From Rhodothermales bacterium (lineage in GTDB: Bacteria > Bacteroidota > Rhodothermia > Rhodothermales > Bin80), in assembly GCA_965207385.1 (NCBI GenBank), contig CBDBLZ010000021.1:641205-705204 (forward strand): a DNA stretch of 64,000 bases, in the 5' to 3' direction. Positions 22,676 through 32,893 of this stretch are shown here, piece after piece. Made by a program: the position numbers and the translations under genes. How positions within the stretch are numbered: the first letter of the stretch is position 1; each line of letters starts with the position of its first letter. Below the pieces are notes generated by a model, which was not told the origin of the DNA, did not search any database, and saw only the letters and a list, made by a program, of their open reading frames with translations.

Positions 22676-23002
22676 CGCAATTGCGGAGCAATGGTCGCAA
22701 TACGTAAGGAAAACGGGCCGAGTACAGGGTGGAAATTCGCGCGATATAGCGGTTGAAGCCAGCCATACCATTTGCGGGGCCGGCCGGTCACTCGCGCGGG
22801 GGCACGGGTGGAGGATCAGCACCGGCGTAAATGGATAGGGCGACCGGCGACGTTTTGGACTTACGCCGGCGAGAGACTAGTAGTACGGGGACTCGAGGTC
22901 TGCTCTAAAGTGGATCGGCCGTTTGTTCGGTCAGTTCACAAGCGAGATGGTATGGGGGTACGCCATTGGGCGCATATTCTCTCTTCTGACCTGCTAGCCG
23001 AA

Positions 23003-24844
23003 CTACCAGCCGATGCCGTAGTCCTCGCCATGGTGGCTGGCGCCGCCCCACATAGTGCCGTGTTCCCGGTCAAAATAGATGGCCGTGATGGGGCCCGAGG
23101 TTCGATCGCTGAACGTAAGCCTGTATCCCATTTCACGGAGGCTTCGACGCACCCAAGGTGGTGTGTCGTCCTGCAACAGGAGCCGACCCGGCTGCACCTC
23201 ATGCTGTCCGAAGGACCCGCGCATCTGAAAGCTGTTGATATTGGCTGCCTCGACGGCTTCCTGTACATTCATGCCGAATTCCACCACGTTCAGGAAAAAC
23301 TGAACGAGATTCTGGTCTTGGCTGTCACCGCCCTGGACAGCAAATGACAGGTATGGCCGTCCGTCCTTGAGCGCCATGCCCGGCGTGAGTGTCGCGCGTG
23401 GCCGTTTGCCTGGTTCAGCGACGTTGTACGGGTTCTCCGCCGGATCTAGAACAAAACTCTGCATTCGCTGACTGAGACCGATTCCGGTACGGCCCGCTAT
23501 GGTGGCCGGTATCCATCCCCCGCTCGGCGTGACCGAAACAACCCAGCCTTCAGCGTCTGCAGCCTGGATGGACGTCGTTCCCGCGTAGAAATCCTCCTGG
23601 TATGCCTCGTCAAATACGGAGGCGGAAGCGCTGTCGCCCCATTTCTCCAGGTAGTGCAAAAAGGGGTTCTCGCCACCCTGAAACGGGTAAGGGTCCCCAG
23701 GCTTGGCCGCCGCGTCGTTCTGCTCCCAATCGATACCCTTGATTCGCTCCTTCGCATACTCCTTGGAAAGCAGACCCCGGAGCGGCTCTTCCGGCGGGAA
23801 GTATGGATCCCCGTAATAGAAGTCACGGTCTGCGAAAGCGAGATTCATCACCTGGTACAGGGCATGGATATACCGGGCGCTGTTGTATCCCATAGCCTGC
23901 AGGTCAAAGGGTTCCAGCATGTTCAGGGCCTGCAGCATCACTGGACCCTGTACCCAATGCGTAAGCTTGTAGACTTCAATATCGTTGTAGGTGGTCGTTA
24001 CGGGTTCTTCGATGTGGACTTGCCATTGGTCCAGATCTTCCATGGTCAGGAGGCCGCCCTGCTCTTGGGTGCCGCGGACGATCTCCTCTGCAATATCTCC
24101 ACGGTAGAATCGGTCGTATGCCGCGTAAATGGCTTCCTTGCGGCTCTTGCCTTCAGCAAGCGCCGCTTCCTCCGCCTCGATGAGTTGGCGCAGGGTACGT
24201 GCGAGGTCAAGCTGCCTGAAAATCTCGCCGGGCTTCGGGGCCTCGTATTCCTCGCCAAAGTGCGGCAGCAGGACAGCGCGCGAGTACGGCCACTCCTTTA
24301 TCCTTTCCTTGTTCTGCTCAATGCTGCGCGAGGCTTCCGCCTCAATGGGATACCCTTCTGCCATCTGCAGAGACGGTTCAAGCACGTCCTTGAGACTGAG
24401 CGTGCCAAATTCCGCAAGCATCACCATGAGAGCCCCCGGCGTACCGGGTGTCACGGCAGCCAACGGGCCGAATTCGGGCGGGTACCGGAGACCTTGCTCC
24501 GCGAAAAATGCGGCGGTAGCCCCGGTCGGCGCCACACCAAGACCGTTGATTCCGATTACCCTGTTCTCGCCGGGATGGTAGATCAATGCCTGCGTTTCCC
24601 CGCCCCAACTGAGCACATCCCACATGGTGGACGTGGCGCCGAGCATGGCGCAGGCGGCGTCGACCGCGTTGCCGCCCTTGGCGAACATGAGTGCGCCTGC
24701 GGTGGCGCCGAGCGGCTTGCCCGTTATCGCTACCCAGTGCTTGGCATGCAATACAGGCTTAGCGGTCTGCTGCGCCCGCGACGGCGCCGCAAGAGCAATC
24801 GCCAGGCCGAGCAGAACGGCGGGTGTAATCTTAAGTGGCGGCAT
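23003..24844 (-). CDS. ggt: Gamma-glutamyltransferase family protein
   Basis: HWVAITGKPLGATAGALMFAKGGNAVDAACAMLGATSTMWDVLS...GTTSIQAADAEGWVVSVTPSGGWIP...PGKRPRATLTPGMALKDGRPYLSFAVQGGDSQDQ. Confidence 0.92.
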   Translation of the reverse strand: MPPLKITPAVLLGLAIALAAPSRAQQTAKPVLHAKHWVAITGKPLGATAGALMFAKGGNAVDAACAMLGATSTMWDVLSWGGETQALIYHPGENRVIGINGLGVAPTGATAAFFAEQGLRYPPEFGPLAAVTPGTPGALMVMLAEFGTLSLKDVLEPSLQMAEGYPIEAEASRSIEQNKERIKEWPYSRAVLLPHFGEEYEAPKPGEIFRQLDLARTLRQLIEAEEAALAEGKSRKEAIYAAYDRFYRGDIAEEIVRGTQEQGGLLTMEDLDQWQVHIEEPVTTTYNDIEVYKLTHWVQGPVMLQALNMLEPFDLQAMGYNSARYIHALYQVMNLAFADRDFYYGDPYFPPEEPLRGLLSKEYAKERIKGIDWEQNDAAAKPGDPYPFQGGENPFLHYLEKWGDSASASVFDEAYQEDFYAGTTSIQAADAEGWVVSVTPSGGWIPATIAGRTGIGLSQRMQSFVLDPAENPYNVAEPGKRPRATLTPGMALKDGRPYLSFAVQGGDSQDQNLVQFFLNVVEFGMNVQEAVEAANINSFQMRGSFGQHEVQPGRLLLQDDTPPWVRRSLREMGYRLTFSDRTSGPITAIYFDREHGTMWGGASHHGEDYGIGW

Positions 24845-24885
24845 GGATTAATTCGTGCTTTACACGGTGTTCAACGAGTAAGTCC

Positions 24886-26160
24886 TCACAGCGTGCGACG
24901 CAGGGCATCACTGCTGTCCAGATCTTCCAGTATGTGACCCATCCGGTCCCGTTTGGTCTGCAGATAGGACCGGTTGCATTTGTTTGCGGGCATTTCAATC
25001 GGGACCCGTTCAACGATCTCAAGTCCGTAACCGTGCAGTCCTATGCGCTTGGTTGGATTGTTGGTCATCAATCGCAGTTTCCTGATTCCCAGAGAGCGCA
25101 GTATCTGACAGCCAATGCCGTAGTCGCGGTGGTCCATGCGGAATCCCAGGGCTTCGTTGGCCTCGACGGTATCCAGGCCTTTCTCCTGCAGTTCGTAGGC
25201 CCGAAGCTTGTTAAGCAGCCCGATTCCCCGTCCTTCCTGCTTCATGTAGAGCACCACGCCCTGGCCATTATTGCTCACGCTTTCCATGGCGGTCCGGAGC
25301 TGCTCCCCGCAGTCGCATCGCTGGGATCCAAAGATATCTCCGGTGACGCATTGGGAGTGAACGCGCGTGAGGACGGGCTCCTCCTCGGTCCACGTGCCCT
25401 TGTAAAGGGCAAGGTGCACTTCACCGGCCAGACTGTCTTCGAAAGCGGCCAGGCTGAACTCGCCATACCGGGTGGGAAGCGTTACGTCGGCAACCTGCCG
25501 GATGAGCGTTTCATGCTGCATCCGGTAAGCGATGAGGTCGCTGATGGTGATGATGCGCATGTCGAAGCGCCGAGCGATCTTCATCAGCTCGGGCACGCGG
25601 GCCATGCTGCCATCCTCATTGAGAATTTCAACGAGAACACCTACGGACTTCAGCCCGGCAAGTGTTGCCAGGTCAACCGCAGCTTCCGTGTGGCCGGCCC
25701 GGCGAAGGGTACCGCCGCGCTGGGCCCTGAGGGGAAATACGTGCCCCGGGCGTGCAAAGTCCTCCGGGGCCGAAGCGGCGTCGGCCAGAGCCCGTATGGT
25801 CCGGGCACGATCGGCAGCACTGATGCCGGTCGTCGTGTTCCGCCGGTAGTCCACCGAGACTGTGAACGCCGTGTTGTAGAGTCCAGTGTTAGCTTCAACC
25901 ATCATTTCAAGACCAAGCGAATCCGTTCTTTCCTTGGTCATCGGGACGCAAATGAGTCCCCGGCCGAAGGTTGCCATGAAATTGACCAGGTCGGCTGTGA
26001 TGGTCTCGGCCGCTCCAATGAAGTCGCCTTCGTTTTCACGGTCCTCGTCGTCGGTTACGACGACCAGGCGGCCGCTGCGGATTTCGGCCACGGCATCTTC
26101 GACCGAATCGAAGCGGAAGGATGGGTGACCGGAATCCATGCTCCCGGGATTGTGCGGCAC
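24886..26160 (-). CDS. ribBA: Bifunctional 3,4-dihydroxy-2-butanone-4-phosphate synthase / GTP cyclohydrolase II
   Basis: VVTDDEDRENEGDFIGAAE...GHVFPLRAQRGGTLRRAGHTEAAVDL; HSQCVTGDIFGSQRCDCGEQL...GRGIGLLNKLRAYELQEKGLDTVEAN. Confidence 0.95.
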   Translation of the reverse strand: MPHNPGSMDSGHPSFRFDSVEDAVAEIRSGRLVVVTDDEDRENEGDFIGAAETITADLVNFMATFGRGLICVPMTKERTDSLGLEMMVEANTGLYNTAFTVSVDYRRNTTTGISAADRARTIRALADAASAPEDFARPGHVFPLRAQRGGTLRRAGHTEAAVDLATLAGLKSVGVLVEILNEDGSMARVPELMKIARRFDMRIITISDLIAYRMQHETLIRQVADVTLPTRYGEFSLAAFEDSLAGEVHLALYKGTWTEEEPVLTRVHSQCVTGDIFGSQRCDCGEQLRTAMESVSNNGQGVVLYMKQEGRGIGLLNKLRAYELQEKGLDTVEANEALGFRMDHRDYGIGCQILRSLGIRKLRLMTNNPTKRIGLHGYGLEIVERVPIEMPANKCNRSYLQTKRDRMGHILEDLDSSDALRRTL

Positions 26161-26170
26161 CGGTAGGGTG

Positions 26171-26482
26171 TTACTTCGGCGTCACGTTGGCGATGGCGCT
26201 CTTCTCGACGCGAAGCTTTACGTTGGTGGCAACTTCCATGAGCACACTTGCATCGTCAACCTTGGTCACGATGCCGTGGATGCCACCTGCGGTTACAACC
26301 TTGTCGTCCTTGCGCACCGCTGCGATCATAGCCTTGCGCTTGTCCTCGCGTTTCTTTTGCGGGCGTATGATGAAAAGGTAGAAGACAATGAAGATGAGTA
26401 CTAGCGGAACCAGCATTCCGAAAGGGCCAAAGGTTCCACCTTCAGCTTGCTGTGCCGCCGCCATTACGGGCAATAGTTTCAT
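26171..26482 (-). CDS. yajC: Preprotein translocase subunit YajC
   Basis: PLVLIFIVFYLFIIRPQKKREDKRKAMIAAVRKDDKVVTAGGIHGIVTKVDDASVLMEVATNVKLRVEKSAIANV. Confidence 0.93.
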   Translation of the reverse strand: MKLLPVMAAAQQAEGGTFGPFGMLVPLVLIFIVFYLFIIRPQKKREDKRKAMIAAVRKDDKVVTAGGIHGIVTKVDDASVLMEVATNVKLRVEKSAIANVTPK

Positions 26483-26618
26483 GAGAATAGGTCAGGCTTT
26501 TCGGCTGGCATGGAAAATACGATCAGACCGCCTTAGGCGCAGCTACGGGAGAATTGGGTAACAGCAGCTGAAAGGGCCAAGTGTGTCGGGTACTTGGAGA
26601 AACGTGGCCAAAATAAAG

Positions 26619-26720
26619 AAGGGCAAGCTCCCCGCATCGCGTCGCTGCAACCTCCTACCGCTGCTGCCTTCCGGCCCTGACGGGGTTCAGAGGGAGCTGA
26701 CCGCACGGGACTTACCCTTC
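26619..26720 (-). ncRNA. ffs: Signal recognition particle RNA (bacterial small/4.5S type)
   Basis: Minus strand contains CCCCGUCAGGGCCGGAAGGCAGCAGCGGUAGGAGG (conserved GNRA/SRP54-binding core GUCAGG.CCGGAAGG.AGCAGC); closing stem GAAGGGUAAG...CUUGCCCUUC pairs at the boundaries. Confidence 0.93.
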
Positions 26721-26760
26721 TTTTCACATCAACAGGGACCACTTGGGGCAGTTCCCGGAG

Positions 26761-29211
26761 CTAGTCGAGTCCCATTGGATCCACGTTTGCCGAAATGCGG
26801 TATCCGGCGGGAGGGCGCCCGAATGCCTCCAGAGCACCGCGGACGGTGCGCGAAAGGCTGGATTCAGTCTTGGGGGCTTTCAGCAACGCCTGGTACCGGT
26901 ACTGCTTCTTGATGCGCGCCACGTATGCTGATCCGGGACCGAGAACGTCTACCGAGCGCGGCAACTCCCTTTTGAGCACATTCGTGCATTCATGGGCAAG
27001 CCGGGCCACGCGCGCCTCTTCCGGCCCCTTGAACTCCATGGCTACCAAGCGCCCGAAGGGCGGGTAGCGGAGCGCGCGGCGTTCCTCCAGGGCAACTTTC
27101 GAAAAGCCGACATAATCGTGTGACAGCAGGTAATGAAATACCGGGTGATCCGGGCGATAAGTCTGCAGCAGGACCTCGCCCTTCAGCTCAGCGCGTCCAG
27201 CGCGTCCGGCTACCTGCATCAGGAGCTGAAAAGTGCGCTCCTCCGCGCGGTAGTCTGGCAGGTGCATGCCCACGTCGGCGCCCACAACGCCGACGAGCGT
27301 GACCCGGCGGAAGTCCAGGCCCTTGGCGACCATCTGTGTTCCAACCAGGATGTCGGCGTCACCCCTTCCGAATCGGTCCAGTATTCTGGTGTGGGCATCC
27401 TTTTGATGGGTGGTGTCCAGATCCATCCGCACGACGCGAGCCTCGGGCAGCATTTCAGCCAGCTCTTCTTCCACTCGCTGGGTACCGGCCCCGCGCTGTT
27501 CCATCTCGGTCGCGGAACACTTCGGGCAAATGGCAAGGGGCTTGCGCGTACCGCCACAGAAATGACATCGGAGCTGCAAGCGCACCTTGTGATACGTAAG
27601 CGTTACGGAGCAGTCGCGGCAGGTTGGCACGAAGCCGCAGTTGCCGCACTGCATGACCGGCGCATAGCCTCTGCGATTCTGCAGCAGGATGATCTGTTCC
27701 CCGCGTGATAGTCGCGTCCTGATGGCCTCGCGCAGGGGCTCCGAGACAGCGCCGTGCAGGCGGTGCTTTTTGCTCTCCAGCGTCAGGTCAATAATGCGAA
27801 CATCCGGCAACGAGGCCAACATGGGTCCGCTAACCGGTACCCTCTCCGGCATCTCCAGCAGCTTGTATTTGCCGGAGGATGCATTGTTGAGGCTTTCCAG
27901 GCTAGGCGTGGCGGAGCCAAGCACGCAAACAGCGTCCTGCATGCGCGCACGCATAACCGCCACATCCCTTGCATTGTATCGGGGGGCGGGTTCCTGCTGC
28001 TTGTACGAGGCCTCCTGCTCTTCATCTACGACGAAAAGTCCAACGTTTGCCAAGGGTGCCAGCACGGCGGACCGAGGACCGATTGCAATACTGTAGCGCC
28101 CCTGCCTGAGGTGTCTCCATGCATCATAGCGTTCGCCAAGGCTCATGCGCGAGTGGAGCACGGCAACCCTGTTGCCAAACCGGTGCCGAAAGCGCCGGAC
28201 GGTCTGGGGCGTAAGGGCGATCTCCGGCACGAGAATAATGCCCGTCTTGCCACGCTCCAGCACGCGGGCAAGGGCTGCAATGTAGACTTCCGTTTTGCCA
28301 CTACCGGTCACACCGTGGAGCAAGAAGGTCTGGAAAGCTCCGCGGTCCACAGCTTCCTCAATGCACGCAACCGCAGTCTTCTGAGACGGATGGAGCGACA
28401 CCGGAGCCGGTGCTCGCCCGGCGGAGAACTTCGGCAAGCGCGTGGCTTCAAGCCGAATGACTTCTATCAGTCCCTTCTTGGCCAGGCTGGCGGCGGAACT
28501 GTGGCTGGCATCCGCCCGGCGGAGGACTTGTCGGCGCGCAGGAGTATCGACACCTTCCTTGACGAAGGCATCCATGGCCGCGAGGATGGCTTTCTGTTTC
28601 GGCCCCCGCACGTCGTCATGTCCTTCGATACCCGCGACCAATCGAAGATGGTCTTCGAATCTTGGCCGTACTCTTGGTCCCCGCGCCGCAGATTCAATAC
28701 TGATCAATCCGGCACTTTCCAGGCGTCGCAGCAAGGCTATCGGCACATCCAGCCCCGCATTGCGCATGCCTGCACGCGTGGCTTCCGGGTGCCGTTTCAG
28801 GTACTGGAAGATCGGACCCGCCTTGGGATGGGCCTTGACCTGAATGTCCGGTTCGCCGGTGGCACGAATCGTGAGGACAACCTGGCTGTCGATGCCGCTT
28901 GGAAGCGCCGCCCGAATGGCCTCCCCCCATCCGCAAATGTAGTAGCTGGCAATCCATCTCGTAAGCCGCAGCAGGTCCCGGGTCAGCAATGGTGCTGCAT
29001 CCAGAACGTCAGAGATCGGCCGTAGTCGCAGCTTTTCGTCTGTCTCCGAACTCTTGTCGACGATGACGCCCGTGATGCGACGCCCGTGGAAGCCTACCTC
29101 AACGCGGCATCCGACATTTGCCACATCCCGGAGTTCTTCCGGGACCAGATAGGTGAATGTACGGGCGAGGGGAAGTGGCAGCGCAACGCGCACTGTCAAC
29201 GGAGGACCCAC
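26761..29211 (-). CDS. priA: Primosomal protein N' (replication restart helicase)
   Basis: FLLHGVTGSGKTEVYIAA; DEEQEASYKQ; Zn cluster CGNCGFVPTCRDCSVTLTYHKVRLQLRCHFCGG...CPKCSA. ORF open to 29346; start uncertain. Confidence 0.95.
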   Translation of the reverse strand: MGPPLTVRVALPLPLARTFTYLVPEELRDVANVGCRVEVGFHGRRITGVIVDKSSETDEKLRLRPISDVLDAAPLLTRDLLRLTRWIASYYICGWGEAIRAALPSGIDSQVVLTIRATGEPDIQVKAHPKAGPIFQYLKRHPEATRAGMRNAGLDVPIALLRRLESAGLISIESAARGPRVRPRFEDHLRLVAGIEGHDDVRGPKQKAILAAMDAFVKEGVDTPARRQVLRRADASHSSAASLAKKGLIEVIRLEATRLPKFSAGRAPAPVSLHPSQKTAVACIEEAVDRGAFQTFLLHGVTGSGKTEVYIAALARVLERGKTGIILVPEIALTPQTVRRFRHRFGNRVAVLHSRMSLGERYDAWRHLRQGRYSIAIGPRSAVLAPLANVGLFVVDEEQEASYKQQEPAPRYNARDVAVMRARMQDAVCVLGSATPSLESLNNASSGKYKLLEMPERVPVSGPMLASLPDVRIIDLTLESKKHRLHGAVSEPLREAIRTRLSRGEQIILLQNRRGYAPVMQCGNCGFVPTCRDCSVTLTYHKVRLQLRCHFCGGTRKPLAICPKCSATEMEQRGAGTQRVEEELAEMLPEARVVRMDLDTTHQKDAHTRILDRFGRGDADILVGTQMVAKGLDFRRVTLVGVVGADVGMHLPDYRAEERTFQLLMQVAGRAGRAELKGEVLLQTYRPDHPVFHYLLSHDYVGFSKVALEERRALRYPPFGRLVAMEFKGPEEARVARLAHECTNVLKRELPRSVDVLGPGSAYVARIKKQYRYQALLKAPKTESSLSRTVRGALEAFGRPPAGYRISANVDPMGLD

Positions 29212-29252
29212 TCGTAAGTCATGCTGGCGTGTGCCCGGGCGCTCCGCTACAG

Positions 29253-29939
29253 CTATTCCTTCTCCGGATCGTACAGCATGCCCGTGCAAAGACACATTTT
29301 CCGCTTCATGCGAGTAAGCACGTCGTAGTTGGGACAGCTCTGGCAACCCTCCCAGAACACGTCGTCCGACGTGAGCTCGGAAAATGTTACGGGCTTGTAA
29401 CCGAGCTCGGAGTTGATCTTCATTACGGCAAGGCTGGTGGTAATGCCGAACAGCTTCGCGTTCGGATACCGCTGGCGTGACAGCTCAAAGGCCCGCTTCT
29501 TGATGCGCTTGGCCAGTCCTCGCTTGCGGAAAGCCGGAGCCACGATCAGTCCGGAATTAACGGCGTACTTGCCGTGGCTCCACGTTTCGATATAGCAGAA
29601 ACCGGCCACTTCTTCACCGCACAGCGCAATGATGGCCTTGCCCTCTGCCATCTTCCGCCGGATATACTCGGGTTCGCGCTTGGCAATGCCCGTGCCGCGC
29701 GCCGAAGCGGCCTCCTCGATCAGCTTGCACACGGTGTCTGCAAACGTGTGGTGCTCTGGACCCGCAACGACCACTATAATATCTTCTGCCTGAGCGGTCG
29801 GCTCTGCTTCCGCAACGGCCGGTGCTGATGGTGCGTTCACGTTACACACGGTTGGAATGAAGTCCAAGTAAAAGCGTATTTGGGCCGGGAGTTTCGATGT
29901 TGCTTGAACCGATACCGGAATAGATGAAGGAATGTCCAT
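29253..29939 (-). CDS. GNAT family N-acetyltransferase
   Basis: YIRRKMAEGKAIIALCGEEVAGFCYIETWSHGKYAVNSGLIVAPAFRKRGLAKRIKKRAFELSRQRYPNAKLFGITTSLAVMKINSELGYKPVTF; GNAT acetyl-CoA motif. Start uncertain. Confidence 0.8.
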   Translation of the reverse strand: MDIPSSIPVSVQATSKLPAQIRFYLDFIPTVCNVNAPSAPAVAEAEPTAQAEDIIVVVAGPEHHTFADTVCKLIEEAASARGTGIAKREPEYIRRKMAEGKAIIALCGEEVAGFCYIETWSHGKYAVNSGLIVAPAFRKRGLAKRIKKRAFELSRQRYPNAKLFGITTSLAVMKINSELGYKPVTFSELTSDDVFWEGCQSCPNYDVLTRMKRKMCLCTGMLYDPEKE

Positions 29940-30093
29940 CTTGCGCGCTCGATGTTCCGCGCCAGGCAGAAGCTTGCCCCTACTGCCAATACGAGTTTCC
30001 AATGCAGAAGAGCTCTCGCTCCATCATGGCCATTGTCATGGCACTGCTGCTGGTCTGGCCGATCCTTGAGCTGCTGAAGCTGGTTTTTCGAAG

Positions 30094-31260
30094 ATGACGC
30101 CGCACGCATCCGTTTTCGGTGAGCTCTCTGTCCGGGAATTCCTGGGCGAATTCTGGCGCAAGCGGCCGCTGCTGGTTCGCGCCGCCTTGCCGGGACTCGC
30201 AACCGCGGTTTCACGTGAAGATTTGTTTGAGCTCTCTCGTCGGGAAGACGTTGCGGCGCGCATCGTGCTGGAGGAGGGCGGAGATTATCCATGGGAAGTG
30301 AGGTTTGGACCATTCGAGCGACGGGAGTTTGCGAAGTTGTCCTCCTCGCACTGGACCCTTCTGGTCCAGGAGGTGGATCGGCACAACGAATCGGCACAGC
30401 AACTCCTTTCCCGCTTCAGGTTCATGCCCAACTGGCGCCTGGATGATGTGCAGGTCAGTTACGCACCCGTGTCCGGAAGTGCTGGCCCGCATGTGGACAA
30501 CTATGATGTTTTCCTGATCCAGGGACAGGGACGCCGTAGATGGATGATCGGTCACGTTCCCGTGCCCCTGGACGCGGAGATTGCGAGTGACCTGGATCTT
30601 GACTTGCTCAAGGATTTTAAGCCCGATACCGAGTGGGTGCTGGAGCCGGGAGATATGCTGTACCTGCCACCGCGCTTCCCGCACTGGGGCGTTGCGCTTG
30701 GCCCGTGCATGACCTATTCGGTGGGATTCCGTGCGCCCGATGCCCGGACAATGGTGCAAGGCTATCTTGAGACCGCTTCCGAATCAGCCGGTCGCAGTTG
30801 CAGGCTCGAGGATGATGGAACGGACGTCAGCCTTGATCCCGGGTGCATTTCACCGGAGACTCTGAATCGGGTGCGTGGTATTGTGCGGAAAGCCGTAGAG
30901 GACCCAGAGGCTATTGATGACTGGTTTGGTTGCTTCGTGACAGAGCCGCAGCGAGGTTTCTATCCGGCGGAGCCCGATGTTGCCTGGACACCGTCGCGCA
31001 TAAGGCGTGCTCTAGGCCGCGGCCACCGTCTCGGTCGCAGTGCGATTGCCTATTTTGCCTACAGGCACGGACGCTCGGGCCCCGTTCTTTATGCCTGCGG
31101 CCAGCGGCACGACTTGTCCGAGGACATGGCGTCTACAGCTTCACTCCTTGCAGGCTCGCGCGTTCTGGATGCATCGACCTTCGGAGAACTCCTCGACAAT
31201 GCTCCATTCATGTCTTTGTTGGCAGACCTGGTAAATGACGGCTCACTTCGTGTTCTTTAG
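30094..31260 (+). CDS. roxA: Cupin/JmjC-like ribosomal protein oxygenase (RoxA/YcfD family)
   Basis: NWRLDDVQVSYAPVSGSAGPHVDNYDVFLIQGQGRRRWMIG...EWVLEPGDMLYLPPRFPHWGVAL...YSVGFRAP; HxD motif and YcfD-like spacing. Confidence 0.88.
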   Translation: MTPHASVFGELSVREFLGEFWRKRPLLVRAALPGLATAVSREDLFELSRREDVAARIVLEEGGDYPWEVRFGPFERREFAKLSSSHWTLLVQEVDRHNESAQQLLSRFRFMPNWRLDDVQVSYAPVSGSAGPHVDNYDVFLIQGQGRRRWMIGHVPVPLDAEIASDLDLDLLKDFKPDTEWVLEPGDMLYLPPRFPHWGVALGPCMTYSVGFRAPDARTMVQGYLETASESAGRSCRLEDDGTDVSLDPGCISPETLNRVRGIVRKAVEDPEAIDDWFGCFVTEPQRGFYPAEPDVAWTPSRIRRALGRGHRLGRSAIAYFAYRHGRSGPVLYACGQRHDLSEDMASTASLLAGSRVLDASTFGELLDNAPFMSLLADLVNDGSLRVL

Positions 31261-31271
31261 CGGGACATGCC

Positions 31272-31832
31272 ATGACAAGTAGCTGGGATCGCGTGGGCTC
31301 TCGGCAGCGCGGTCAATACTCCATCTTTTCGGTTCGACACGACCGCAGCCGGTCGCCGAGAACAGGTAACATTCATGATTTTTATGTAATAGAAGCTCCG
31401 GATTGGGTGAACGTTATTCCCGTTACGCCGCACGGAAAGCTGGTGTGTCTGCGCCAGTATCGGCACGGGTCGCGCAGCATTTCGCTTGAAGTACCGGGAG
31501 GACTCATAGATGCCGATGAGACACCTGAGGAGGCCGCTTTGCGGGAAATGCGCGAAGAGACAGGCTATCGGGCTGACCAGGCTACGAGGATCGGGCGCAT
31601 GAGTCCCAATTCGGCCCTTTTCGGCAACCTGTGTCACTTCTTCGTTGCGTTAGACGTATTGCCGGATGGTGATCAGCGGCTGGACAGCGCCGAGGACATC
31701 GAGGTGGTTCTAATCGATCCTGGTGAAGTGCCGGGTCTCATTTTGGACGGTACCATCGATAATGGCATAATGGTGGCTGCCTTCCATTATTTTGAGTTGT
31801 ATTTGCGCGGGCCGCATAGTACTGGCACCTGA
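31272..31832 (+). CDS. NUDIX hydrolase (ADP-ribose pyrophosphatase-like)
   Basis: Nudix box GGLIDADETPEEAALREMREETGY. Confidence 0.93.
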   Translation: MTSSWDRVGSRQRGQYSIFSVRHDRSRSPRTGNIHDFYVIEAPDWVNVIPVTPHGKLVCLRQYRHGSRSISLEVPGGLIDADETPEEAALREMREETGYRADQATRIGRMSPNSALFGNLCHFFVALDVLPDGDQRLDSAEDIEVVLIDPGEVPGLILDGTIDNGIMVAAFHYFELYLRGPHSTGT

Positions 31833-32686
31833 TGTTGTCGCCACACTCCGTTCGCAGGCGCTCCTTCGGCTCCGGCTCGCTCAAGGGGCGACGCCTGGAA
31901 ATTCACAAGCTGATTTTCGGGGGTGACAGCCCGCAAGGCAGGCTCTTTGACGAACTGCTCATAGTGGTCATCCTGGCGAGTGTGGCCGCGGTCATGCTGG
32001 AGAGCGTGGAGACGTTTGGGACGCGCTTCCATTCGGCTCTGATCTGGATGGAGTGGGGCTTTACGATCATCTTTACCGTCGAATACGCGCTGCGACTGGC
32101 GTGCGTCGGACGTCCGCTTCAGTACGCGCGAAGCTTCTACGGAATCATCGATCTGCTCGCCGTGCTGCCGACCTACCTGTCACTCGTGTTGCCCGGTGCT
32201 CATGCGCTGCTGGTCATCCGGCTCCTGCGAATTCTGAGGGTATTTCGCGTCCTGAAGCTTGTAAAGTACCTGACGGAAGCGGACTTCTTGCTTACGGCCC
32301 TGCGCAACAGCCGTCGCAAGATCACCATATTCATACTTGCGGTCCTTACACTGGTTACCATCCTGGGGTCGCTGGTCTACCTGATTGAAGGTGCCGAGAA
32401 CGGATTCGACAACATTCCGCGCAGTGTCTACTGGGCAATCGTGACCCTGACCACGGTTGGATACGGAGACATCTCCCCGCAGACGCCGCTCGGACAGGCG
32501 CTGGCAGCCGTTGTAATGATCATTGGCTATGCCATCATCGCTGTGCCGACGGGAATAGTGACCGCGGAGCTGGCCAAATCTCGCGATTGGGGAGCCGGGC
32601 AAAAGACACGCGTTTGCAGCCGGTGCTATTTTGCCTCGCACGGCAAGGACGCGAAGTTTTGCAGCAAGTGCGGCAAGAAGCTGTAA
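31832..32686 (+). CDS. Voltage-gated K+ channel-like ion transporter with C-terminal zinc ribbon
   Basis: Six-TM topology, S4-like RLLRILRVFRVLKLVKYL, selectivity filter TLTTVGYGD, C-terminus CSRCYFASHGKDAKFCSKCGKKL. Start ATG overlaps upstream TGA. Confidence 0.9.
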   Translation: MLSPHSVRRRSFGSGSLKGRRLEIHKLIFGGDSPQGRLFDELLIVVILASVAAVMLESVETFGTRFHSALIWMEWGFTIIFTVEYALRLACVGRPLQYARSFYGIIDLLAVLPTYLSLVLPGAHALLVIRLLRILRVFRVLKLVKYLTEADFLLTALRNSRRKITIFILAVLTLVTILGSLVYLIEGAENGFDNIPRSVYWAIVTLTTVGYGDISPQTPLGQALAAVVMIIGYAIIAVPTGIVTAELAKSRDWGAGQKTRVCSRCYFASHGKDAKFCSKCGKKL

Positions 32687-32893
32687 GTGGCACGGCCTGT
32701 AGACAGCCAAGACCTTCCTCGACCGCCCGGCTGTTCTACGCATGGCAGGCAGCGTAATCGGCAGCCGCTCTCAAGCGGCGCTTAGAGCAGCTCCTGACGC
32801 AGCCGGCACATTTGAGGCAGGTCCGCCTGGCACGTGCCGATTGCATCCACGGCACTGATTCAGCACAGTGCGTGTTACGGCGGCAGGTTACGG

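Noticed and set aside
23654-24937. 427-aa plus-strand ORF antisense to ggt
   Set aside because: Shadow ORF opposite a clear gamma-glutamyltransferase.
24835-26166. 443-aa plus-strand ORF fully antisense to ribBA
   Set aside because: Sequence has no recognisable domains and mirrors a high-GC, strongly conserved ribBA CDS; typical GC-rich shadow ORF.
27754-29025. 423-aa plus-strand ORF antisense to priA
   Set aside because: Low-complexity Arg/Gly/Gln-rich translation without domain features; shadow of PriA.
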